This document shows, piece by piece, positions 25,901-37,900 of a DNA stretch of 64,000 bases. A model generated the notes under the pieces. The model had not been told where the DNA came from. It was given only the letters and a program-made list of their open reading frames with translations, and did no database searches. Numbering within the stretch: the first letter of the stretch is position 1; the number at the start of each line of letters is the position of its first letter. This DNA is from Antedon mediterranea (taxonomy: Eukaryota; Animalia; Echinodermata), in contig NC_092678.1 in assembly GCF_964355755.1 (NCBI RefSeq), forward strand, positions 1,876,422 to 1,940,421, given 5' to 3'. A program made the position numbers and the translations under genes.

Positions 25901-28900
25901 GTCGATGATCCTGGCATAGCTACTGTTGGCTATAGTATGTATATACAGTATTTTATTTAATTACGTCTGCTCCCTCGAGAGCTGTTATGGGTAATGGTAT
26001 GGATATGTGGCAGGTATGGGTTGAAACCTGTGGCATGTTGCTTACTCCTAAAGGCATTTGTGCACCGTACACTATTTGAAAATAGTCGTCTTCCGGTTTG
26101 TTGATCATATCATATAACCCAAAACCATGGAACTTTACCCACAAACCTGAGACTTGACCCACAACCCTGGGACCTTACCCAAAAGCCATTGGACTTTACC
26201 ACAACCCATTGGACTTTACCACAACCCTGGTACTTTACCCAAAATTCTGGGACTTTACCCACAACCCATTGGACCTTACCCAAAACCCATTGGACCTTAC
26301 CCACAACCCTGGGACTTTACCCACACTTTCAATTTAATTCAGATGGGGTTGGCATAATAATACTAAAATAGCTGGTATATGAGTTCTGACAGATATTACT
26401 CGGCAAGATTTGTTATTATTTTCAGAAAGTGATGTAACTAATAAGGTCTGTCGATTTTATGCAAGGGGTGACTTGTGTTTCCAAGGTGATAATTGTCAAT
26501 ATCTTCATTCCTCAGGTAATGAAATCTTCTTGTTTTCCAAAAAAAAAAATATATATATACAATTGGTATTTTAAATAACATTTTATAAAATAGATTTTCT
26601 ACATAATTTTCATGTCTTAAAATGTCTTTTAATTAGGTGATCATTTAGAATAAAATGATCACCTATTGTTATTGTATGAAATCTTATTAGGCTTTATTTC
26701 TTTCTGTACAGATTTTGTGTGTCAATTATCTCAAAAAGTAAAATGTCAATGATCACAAAAATTTCACAATATCTTTCAAATACTGTAACTTAATCCTAAT
26801 AAGCTTTTCAGCGTGATCACTTAACCGTGACTTCATTTATACGCCATTTTGTGAAATCACATTATCAATCATATCTCCATAGAAATTGCCTTCTCCCAGT
26901 AACCTTTTTAGTGTGGGTTCGAATGCCTTTAAAAATTACTATAATAGCAAAATCAATCATGTTTCTGGTTTTTCTCTCGAAGAAATTGACGAGAGCCTTA
27001 TCGAAGAGGAATTGAGAAATCTCAACCCATCTAAAAGTGTAGGCCTTGATCAGATTCCTGCAAAATTTCTTAGACACGGAGCTCCTAATATTAAAATACC
27101 AATAACACATATAATTAACCTCTCCATTAAATACGAACGTATTCCCTTGGATTTTAAACTCGCAAAAGTCACGCCCCTTCATAAAAAGAATTCCAGAACT
27201 GAGGCTAACAATTACAGACCTATAAGCATTCTCTCCTCAGTTTCGAAAATTCTGGAGAAGGTGGTATATATACAAGTTTCCGATTAACTTGAAAGGAATC
27301 AACTTATCTACGATCATCAATCCGGTTTTCGTAGATCATTTTCTACCGACACATGTCTTATCCATCTTAGAGATCACCTTAGAGTTCAAATGTCAAATGG
27401 TTTATTTACGGGTATGGTTTTACTCGATGTCCAAAAGGCCTTTGACTCGGTCAATCATGATATTTTGTGTAAAAAACTTAAGTATCTAGGATGCCGGTCT
27501 ATTGGTTGGTTTCAAGCGTACCTGTCTGGGCGAAATCAGATTGTCGATATTAAAGGTACCAAATTGGACTCTATTGAGATTGGATGTGGAGTCCCCCAGG
27601 GTAGCCTTTTGGGTCCTCTCTTGTTTCTTATTTACGTGAATGACCTACCATCTAGTATCGAAAGTGATTGTAAAGTTGTTTTGTACGCTGACGATTGTGC
27701 AATTTTTTACTCCCATAAAGATCCAATCGCAATCCAATCTAAACTCCAAAACAATCTCGTATCATGCAATAATTGGCTGATCGACAATCAACTTTCGCTT
27801 CATATGGGTAAGACCGAATGCATCCTGTTTGGTTCTAAACGTAGATTAAGCAAAGTAAACGAATTCTATATTGATTGCTTTGGAATGACTATAAATGGAT
27901 CAAAATCTATCAAATATCTAGGTATTGAGATTGACCATAATGTATCAGGTGACGTCATTGCCCGCTCTGTTATAAACAAAGCAAACAGCAGACTGAAATT
28001 TCTGTACCGACAATCATCATTTCTTAATTCACATTGTCGCAAAATTCTTAGTTTTGCTTTAATCCAACCGATGTTGGATTATTCGGTTTGCTCATGGTCT
28101 TCTACGGTAAATAAAAATTTAAAATCAAAATTACAAACGACTCAAAACAAAATGGTTCGTTTTATAAAAAAGTTAGGTCCCCAATCTCATGTTGGTCAAT
28201 CTCAGCTAAACGACTTTGGTATGTTAAAAGTCCAAGACCGTGTCGAATTTCTTAGAGTCTGTCATGTTTTTAAAATATATAATCATTGTTGTCCACCTTA
28301 TTTATGCAATCGTTTTATTAGAATTTCAGACAGTCATAATTACAATACTAGGGGATGCAATTTTAATTTTAGAATCCCAACTATCAAGCCAATGGCACAT
28401 GTGACCTTTTTTTACAATGCTATTAAAGAATGGAATAATTTACCAATTAACATTAAGGAATCACAAACTGTTTGTTGTTTTAAAAGTAAAGTTAAAAAGT
28501 ATCTACAGGAACGTTCACTAGCTCTAGAAACTATTTAATAAGCGCTTCTTCTTTTTTTTATGTCCTTTTTGCTGTTTTTTGTAATTTTTATATGTTGCTT
28601 TGTTTGTCTTTTTTGCTGTTCTTTCAAAGGACCTCATTGGAAACAAGTCCGTAGAGGTAGAGTATTTTATGTACTGATGCCGAAATAAATCAAATCAAAA
28701 TCAAATCAAATCACGATCAATTTAGAGCATGAATTAGGCCATTTGCGTGTTTCAAAAAATTACTGCGCAAAAAAAACATTTTGCGCGCGCGATACTTAAA
28801 AAGCGTAAAAAATGCGATTTTTTTTACAAATCGCATTCTACTCACCATCCTTAGTACATTCACCAAATTTGAGTCAGTTCCGACTTAAAATAACGCTATA

Positions 28901-31900
28901 CGAGCAGGTTAAAAATGACAAAATGCGCAAATTAATTGCATCAAAGTGCTGAAAATGTTGAAAAATAAGGCCTTTTTAAAATGAATATAACTCTTCAGAA
29001 TGGAAGGTGACCCCCAATTTTTTTAACTTAACCAATGAGTTGTAGATATAAATGTATATACACATTAGACGTACAAAATGGTATGACGTCATCAAATGGC
29101 CACTTGAATTTAAAAATTAGTAATTTTTATCTTTTTGTGTGGGTTATCACATTCAATAGAGCGCATCTCCGATATTTGAACCCAATTTTCGAACAAATTT
29201 TAGTATGTGCTTGCTCAATTAATTATCTAATTATCTTTCTCATGAGTTGTCAATATTTTCATTTTGATGACGTCATCATGCGTAAAAACTTGAATAACCT
29301 AGGTCGTGTATTTTCAGCTACACCATACATTTGAATATCTTACAGCTCTTCAGAATTAAAGGTGACCTTGAAGATTATAATTTATTGTAAAAGCTGATGA
29401 AATGTAGATATGAATTCATATAAAAATTAGGCCTAATGTTGTGACATTATGAAATGGTCAGTTGAAGTTAAAAAGTAGTTTTTTTCTCTCTTTCGTCAAA
29501 TTTATACAAATTTCAAAGAGCGCGCATTGTGCTTCTACGTGTCAAATTCTCTTCCTATCCTTATATTTATTTGCTCAATTCATTATCTTTCTAAATTGTC
29601 ATCTTCGAGTTTATTATGATAATTCCATCATACCAAAAAATTAGAACATGATGTGGGTCTCATAATTTCACCTATGCTACACTGTATATAGATATACAGT
29701 ATGACACATAGGTACAACTCAGCACTAAAGTGTATATGCATCATGTCATAGGTTGGCGTACATCAACTTTTTACGATCGCATTTTAGCGTACATGCATGT
29801 TTAAAAAATGTTAATTTCATTAAAATGATAAAAATTATCACCTATAATTCGTCAAAGTGACAAATTAAATTCTAGTTGTTGTTAGTACTGTTTATTTTTA
29901 TTTCAAATCTATACTGTACAAAACATACCCCTTTCATTCACATCGCTTCAACTGCAGAGTTTTCACACACTGCCATGGTACACAGTGTACAAAACATCTG
30001 TGTGATCTGAGTCTGTGCAAACTCTTGAGGTTTGCTTGTGAAAGAGCTATTAGCAAATTCTAAAATTAAAGACAATCCTTCTATAATGTGTACTAAACAT
30101 AGGCCAGGCAAAAATAGAGTTTGCTAGTTTGATAAACTATTGCAATTATTGTTTTGTGTAGAAATCAAAAGAGAAACTGTAGATGCATATTGGAATGACA
30201 ATCCATTGTCACTACCGGACGAGGGCAGCTGTGTTGCCATGCAAGTAAAGTCCTACTATAGTGCAAGCCATTTCTGGGCTCAGTTGCCATTCGGCGCCAA
30301 GGCATTGCAGGACGTAAAGGTAGAACGGCATGAACATGCTTTAGAGGAGGAGGGGGAGACCCTGGAAAGCTTGGTTGAGTCGATAAAGTAAGTATATACT
30401 GTTAATAAGACAGAATACATTTTGCATGGACACTTTATCCCATTCTATTGTATTGTGTGGCCGAGCAGTTAAGACAGTGGAACCGTAAATTTTGTTTAGC
30501 AATATTGCTAATCAAACTGATTTTTAAGTCGAGAAACATAGTTTTGTATTGTATTTTTTGCTACACAATTTTCAAAATGTGTAGCAATAAGGTTGTTTTG
30601 TATAGCTTTTTGCTACGCTACACTGGCGAAAATGTTCCCTGAAGGGTTCAAGGCTCACTGCCATGGTTGTTGGTGAAACAAGTTTTTTTGGATATAAAGA
30701 CTATAAACCGTAGGTCCAGTGTACACAATATGGTTGTGTGCACCTAGTACATCTTTCAAGACGAGTAAGAGTTACCCCAGTATACTAGCTTACACAGCCA
30801 CTGTTGAATGATGAAAGAGCACCAGAATTGGCAGCACTGACATGACATGACCGTTGGGGGAGAAGCATGTCATTAAATAGTGTAACATCTAAAGTACACA
30901 GCACCATGAAAAATGATTGTTGGAATTGTATATATACAAAAGGAAATTTCTTATTACTATTGTTTTAATATCTATTGTTTTAATATCCATCAGCAATATT
31001 TATGGAAAGTCTTCGCATACAACTCATACCACTGATTTACTGTTAAAAGCTGATGGTGAACTAGTGTGTTGCAAGTACCAGGCTGACAACAAATGGTATA
31101 GAGCTAGAGTCACATCCACAAATGCAGAGGAAAACACAGTACAGGTATTTAATTATCCTCCCTAAAAACTTTTGCATATTTCTGCATATTTTCACTCAAA
31201 AAACACCCGATTGTCTGCACTGTATTGAATTTGTTCAGAATCTGATACAAGTTTCATGATATAGTTAAACATGTTAGGCGTCATGTCCAAATGTTTCCAA
31301 ACGTACAAACCGCGTCAAACGGTCACTGTTGATAGCTTGATCGTTTAACGCGTACAACGATCGTAAAAGAGCTAATTAATTTATGCATTTAGTATTGTAC
31401 CGCCCACCGCCCACTGTAATTGTTTAGCCGTTAGACGTCGTTTGTTTTAAAATGTCTATTTAGAAGCATGGACAATACACACAAACAATGTATTGTTCGC
31501 TAATTAAAATCCTATTTAAAGCTGGAAGACGTCAATTTTTGTAGCCGCCCTACGCATCAGTTATCCTAATTTGGCCGGAAAAATCAGCCGACGAGACGAC
31601 ATCGGGCCCATGGACCTCAGCTCACACAGAGAGAGTTCAAGCTAGCCTAGTTTTGGCGGCCTACACTATAAATTATTTAATCCTACCTTGGTGGGTTAGC
31701 GAATTATAAAAACGACACCTAGGCTAGGACACCAACAAAATATATGCAAAATAAATATATATTCCATGTTAAGATTTACCAGTCATAGGCCTTTTAAATG
31801 ATTAATATATTGTGTAAAGAAAAAGGCCCGACCAGAATTTGGAGTGGGAAAAACATGCGAGTGGATCGGAGTCTGGGAACAGTTTAGATATAAATAGAGG

Positions 31901-34900
31901 AAATCCAGGTACACGATCTTAATTACTGTTTTATTGTCGTCAGCACAGCACCCACCACCCTCTAATGGACGGCCGGCCGTACTGAGTTAAAAATATCATG
32001 TTATTGTTAGAGGTTGTATTGAGGTAAAACATTGAGTAGTATCGCGTTTCATGCCAAAAAAACCAGGTCTGTATTAATTACGGTCTTCTCTGTCGGCAAT
32101 CTTTTTGAGCGACTTGAACGTTTTGATACCATATTTAGAATGAGTGTTTTACCATCTTTTTTGTGAGCATCGTTTCTGGATCGACGGATGTTCGATATAT
32201 ACGAAGATCGCATCCACAATGGATTAACGCGATCTTTTTTTTACAATATACAGTTATTTACTTGTGCTTTTCAAATTTGCGAAAGTTTTATGTCACAAAA
32301 GTGTCTGGTTTTACTATATTATGCTAGTAAATTCTAACTTAGTTAACAAATTAAAAGATACAGCGACGACAAAGCTCAAAAGCCTTCAGAAAATAAATAC
32401 AAAAATCAATATATTCCTTGTTTAATAAGTATAATAATTATTATTATTAATACAACTAGGCCCTTGTGCAACGGAAAAATAGCCAATGATTTATATATTT
32501 GTTTTCAAGAATATTTTACGAGGGTGGTCATTAGGGACCCTCACAAAATTACAATATGACGAAACATATATAACAATAAAAATTAAATTAAAATAAATCA
32601 AATTTATAAAGACAAACAAAATAAAATAAAGCACAAAAATAGAATCAAACATTAATTAAATGAATTAAATTAAGGATCAGTCATCTTTTCAACGATTTAA
32701 ATAAGATTACCGACCGACAGAATTTGAAGTAAAAACATGTGAGCGCTCTGAACAGGAGGAGAAAGAGGATATCGCGTGACCAACATCTAGGTACTTGTTT
32801 GTTTACCTTCTTATGTTATCGGCTTGCAATCTATGAGAGCGCGAACACCGACGGTCGACCGAGCATTCACTGCTGCTATTTTTAGAAGACCTTTTTTTTT
32901 TATCATCATCGGCTACTGTAGACGTTCGCTAATGCATTTAGAAGTGAGATGTGAATAGTTCACCGGTGGCGTGGCACATCGTGTTGCTGCTATTGTCTCA
33001 GGTGCTTAGTTCATCGTATTCAATTCAATTCAATTCAATTCAAGGAACATTTATTCACGTCCAAAAGACAAAAGTAACAAAAACAAAATGGCAAGTGATA
33101 AAACAAGAAAATGGACGAAGGCAAATCCCAAAAAGATTACAATCTTGTGACGGGATTGCCTTTACAAAATATTTAAATAAGAGAAGAAAAAAAAAAAAAA
33201 AAAATATATAAATAAAGAAAATAAATTAATTAGACAATAAAGAAATACAAAATATATATAAAACCAGTAGATAAAAGTTGGAATAAAAAATAAAAAAAGA
33301 ACAGAAAAAAGTACAGCTGCATGGCATATAGCGAATATGATGACAATTGAATAATAAAGATAGCAAGTCACGGAACATGGAAAAAACGACCATATCAATC
33401 ATATCGATCAGTAATGAGGCAAAAGGTAATTTTTTATGTTATTATTAAATGAATAGCGGTTGGCAGCACAGGAAATTGAGGGGGGTAAAATTGTTAAACA
33501 ATAGAGGTCCAGAATATCTAATGCTATGTTGAAAATAATTGGTGTTATGGTTAGGGATATATATGTTATTTCTTGTTCTAGTATAATATTTATGAACGGT
33601 ATTATTAGGAGCGAAAAGGTCGTTTAGATGGCAAGGGAGAAGTGAGTGAGTGGCCAAAAAAACAAAGACACCTTGCTGGGATAGGTTAATGTCCGAGAGT
33701 TTGAGAAGATTGAGTTTGGAGAATAAGTGGGAGGAATGTGACAGTGGATGAGCGCCAGATATAGTCCTGATAGCTTTTTTTTGTAGGATAGAGAGTTTAA
33801 TGATGTTTGAAGGGTAAGTGTTGGCCCAGACAATGTTACCATAGCTCAAATAAGGAAGGATGAGTGTGCAATAAAGGGTCCTGAGAATATTAGTTGGGAG
33901 GAAGGAAGAAAGCCTAGAAATGATCCCAAGGTTCTTAGACACTTTGTTCTCAATTTCTTGGATATGGGGTTTCCATGAGAGAGAGTTGTCGATGATAATG
34001 CCAAGAAATTTATTATACTTAACAGAGGGGATTTCTTGATTATCAATAACGACTTTAAATGGGGACACATCAATACCTCTAGTCAACTGCGGGGTTCCGA
34101 ATAGGATGTAACTACATTTATTATGATTGAGGGAGAGTTTGTTGGCAATAAAGTACTGGGACAAGGGGATAACGTTGGTATTAAAGGTGTCAAAAAGAGT
34201 TTGGATATTTTTGTTGGCATGAAAAACTGTAGTGTCATCAGCATATAGAAAAAAATTTAGCAGGTTTGAGGTTCGGTGGATATCATTAATGTAAAAGGTG
34301 AACAGAAGCGGGCCAAGTAAGGAGCCCTGGGGAACGCCACAGGTGATAGGGCAAAAATTAGAAATAGAGTTAAAATATTTAGTACATTGGGAGCGGTTAG
34401 TGAGATAGCTTTTGAAAACGTTTAAGGCGGGTCCTCGGATTCCATAGTGAGACAATTTAAAAAGAAGAATATTATGATCAATGGTGTCGAAAGCCTTGGA
34501 AAGGTCGATGAAAAGTCCGATTCCAAATTGACGATTTGCGAATGCATGAATAATTTTGTTAGTGAGGTCGATCAAAGCCATGGAGGTGTTATGTCCTTTT
34601 CTAAAGCCATATTGTCTCTTGAAGAGGATGTTATGTTTGCTGATAAATGAAAATGTTCTATCATAGATAATTCTTTCCAAGGCTTTCGAAAAGATTGACA
34701 GGATGGAGATAGGACGATAGTTAGAAAGGTTGGATTTGGGGCCAGATTTGTAAACAGGGGTAACTCGCGCCAGCTTCAACCGGTTCGGAAAAACACCTTT
34801 GCAGAGGACAAGATTAAAAATGTGACACAAGGGAAGGGAGATAAGGTTGATAACATGTTTAATGGCTTTAGTATGGAAATCATCAGTACCAGGAGCTTTA

Positions 34901-37900
34901 TTGTTATCGAAGGAGGAGATAATTCTTATGATATCCTCTTCTAGGACGGGGGTTAAGAACATTGATTTCGGATTTGGTTGAGGAAGAAATTCTTTGAAAG
35001 AAACATTGCTGGGAGGGATTTTGTTAGCAAGGGAGGGTCCGATTTCGACAAAAAAATCATTAAATGCTTTAGAAATAATGACGGGGTCTTTAGTTGGTAC
35101 TCCGTTACAGTTGACAGGGGTATTGCCTTTGTGTTGGTTTCGGTTTTTATGGTTCAATAAAGAGTTAATTGATTTCCAGGTTGCCTTAATATCATTTTTT
35201 TGCTTGGTGAAAATATCATGAAAGTGGATTCTTTTGGCAATTTTGATAGTGGAGTTAAGTTTATTACGATATCGTTTATATTTGATTTCATTGGCAGGAG
35301 AAGGGCGGTGAAGAAATTTTGCATAGAGTTTATGTTTATACTTTATTGATTTTAGCAGTCCATTTGACATCCAAGATTTAATTTTTTTGTTCTTGTTTGT
35401 ATTGTTCCTTTTCAGTAACGGGAAGTGTTGGTCATAAAGGGCTTTAAGTGTGTTATCAAAGAGGTCATAAGCAAAGTCAGGATCATTAGAATTAAGGATA
35501 TCAAACCAAGTTTGATTAGAGACATCATGGTAAAAGTTGTTAAGAGACGTATTGTTAATCTGTCTGAGAGATGGGATCTCTTCATTGTTTGAGCTAGTGG
35601 CAAAACTATCAGAGAGGTTTGAAATATTAAAAACAGGGAGATGATCAGAGATATCACTATATAGCAGACCACTTATATGAGAACAATCAAATTGATTTGT
35701 AATAATATTATCTAATAATGAGGCTGTGGAATTTGTTATTCTGGATGGTCTGTCGATAAGTGGAAGATAGTGATTGCTAAACAGTGTGTTAATGAATTGA
35801 CGGGCAGTATTGTCGGATTCATGTTTAAGAATGTCAATGTTAAAGTCTCCAAGAATATAAACATTTTTATTTTCTTTTGTTAAATTGGAAAGGACAATGT
35901 CAAGTTCAATTAAGAATTGATTTGGGTCAGAGGAGGGGGGTCTATATACAGTACCCACTATAATGTTTTTGTGATGAGGCCGTTTAATTTCAATAAAGAT
36001 GGATTCGCAGTTGGAAGGGTGTGGGTGTAGGTCACTTCTAATGGAGAATTGTAGAGTATCAAGGATATACATGGCGACTCCTCCACCGTCTTTATGGGTT
36101 CTGTGGTTAGAGACAAAATTATAATTTGGGAGTTGGACCAAAGGATTATCGTACTTGAGCCAAGTTTCACTTACTCCAATAATATCGAAAGGCAGATTAA
36201 TGGATGATAGGAGTTGTTTAATTTCATCAATGTGCTTGAGGATGCTTCTAGAGTTGAAATGAATAGTGGAGAAGCAATCAGAAAGGGAGTCAACAGGAAA
36301 TTCATTAGGATCATAATATTGAGAGGGACTGTGGTTGCTGTTGGTGAAAAAATTTGAGTCGGGATCAATGTTAGATGTAGAATTGCCAAGGTTCCTGTTA
36401 ATGTTACGGTTGTCTGAATAGCTGGGCAAGGGGAAGAAGTTTATGTTTGATAATCGGTCGTGGTACGATGTTCCGTCATCTGCGTTAAGGTTGTACATCA
36501 AGTAAAAAATGAAAATATAAAAAGAGAAATCTGTTCAGTGAAAATACTAGTTAATATATAATTTAAAATATATGTATAAAATATATATAAATAAATATAC
36601 ACTGTATAAATAAATAAACAAATATTAGATCAAACTGAATATTGGAAAAAAGAAAAATTAACAATGCATAAAAACAAGACTGTCAAAGTAAGGCGAGTTA
36701 AGCAGAACTCCGGCAAGGAACTAAAAATTGCAAAACAACAAGAGAACATTATGGAATGGTATAAACAATTATGAAAACTACATAATTGAACTTCCTAATG
36801 ATATTTTCAGTCGGCTATGTAAAAGAAAGCAACTAAAAAACATTCCAGGCCCCTGTTTATTATTAATATTAAATTATTTATTGAGGTTACGAACTTATAA
36901 ACATTTTAGAATGATGTTTGAGATCGGCACCCCTGGAATACAAACTCTCTTAATTAAAAGGCAAACTGAAACGAATTGTTTGGGCCTGTTTGTGATGACT
37001 CATCGTTAAACAACGTTGACGAAGCGATTCGCAACGACGTTAAACGATTCGTAAAAATCAGTCAAGCATGTAAGTGGGCGGAACTATTACAAGCTATGCA
37101 TATTGTCCATTTTCCAAACGTTCTGACGATTTTAGAATTTTCACGCTAACGCTAAAACAAAAGAAAACGCGATTAACGCTCTTTGTCAGTTTGAAAACAT
37201 TTGGACATGACGCCTTAGTCACATGTTACAATTAATTTTTAGGTTAAAGTAAACACAGTGTCACATGTGGTCTGTATATAGAAAATTGTCTAGATACCCT
37301 AGTAACTTCTTTGATTAAACTTTAAGCAAGCACGAATTGTTTTGTCCAGAATAATTTGAATAATCAATTTTTTGCTTACAGGTGTTTTATTTAGATTATG
37401 GAAATTCGGAGGTGGTTCCCGAATCATTGGTGCGACCTATGCTTCCACAATTTCTTCACCTTCCTTTCCAAGCTGTTGAGTGTTTTCTTTACAATGTGTC
37501 GATAAATGATGGAAAAACAGAAGAAGCTAGGTAAGATTGCAAAGAATACACAGAACAAGCGTAATTAGAGAACTGAAAACGTGAAAACAGATTCAGAATC
37601 ATGTCTAAATATTTAATGGAGTTCATGTTATGTACTGCGCACAAAAACGTGTGCCTCTAAAATTTAATAGAATAGTCCATGGTTTAATGTCTATCAAAAT
37701 AGTGAAATTTAATTAAAATCTGTAGTTTTAAAGTAGTTTTAACAGACCAACAAACATGTCTAGATTTCTTTTGAATTTTTAGTATTGTGATATTCTTTTC
37801 AGAAAAGTAATGGAGGAATTGACGGTAGATAAAACCCTAGTAGCACTTGTGAAGGCAAGGTATGTATCCAGATGGAATTTAAATACTGTTTTTGGATACC

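Larger units (their letters stand above)
31277..37214. mobile_element. Harbinger-type non-autonomous transposon expanded by a LINE insertion
   Basis: TIRs GGCGTCATGTCCAAATGTTT / AAACATTTGGACATGACGCC with TTA TSD; a ~1-kb sister copy lies at 49817-50836. Confidence 0.8.
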
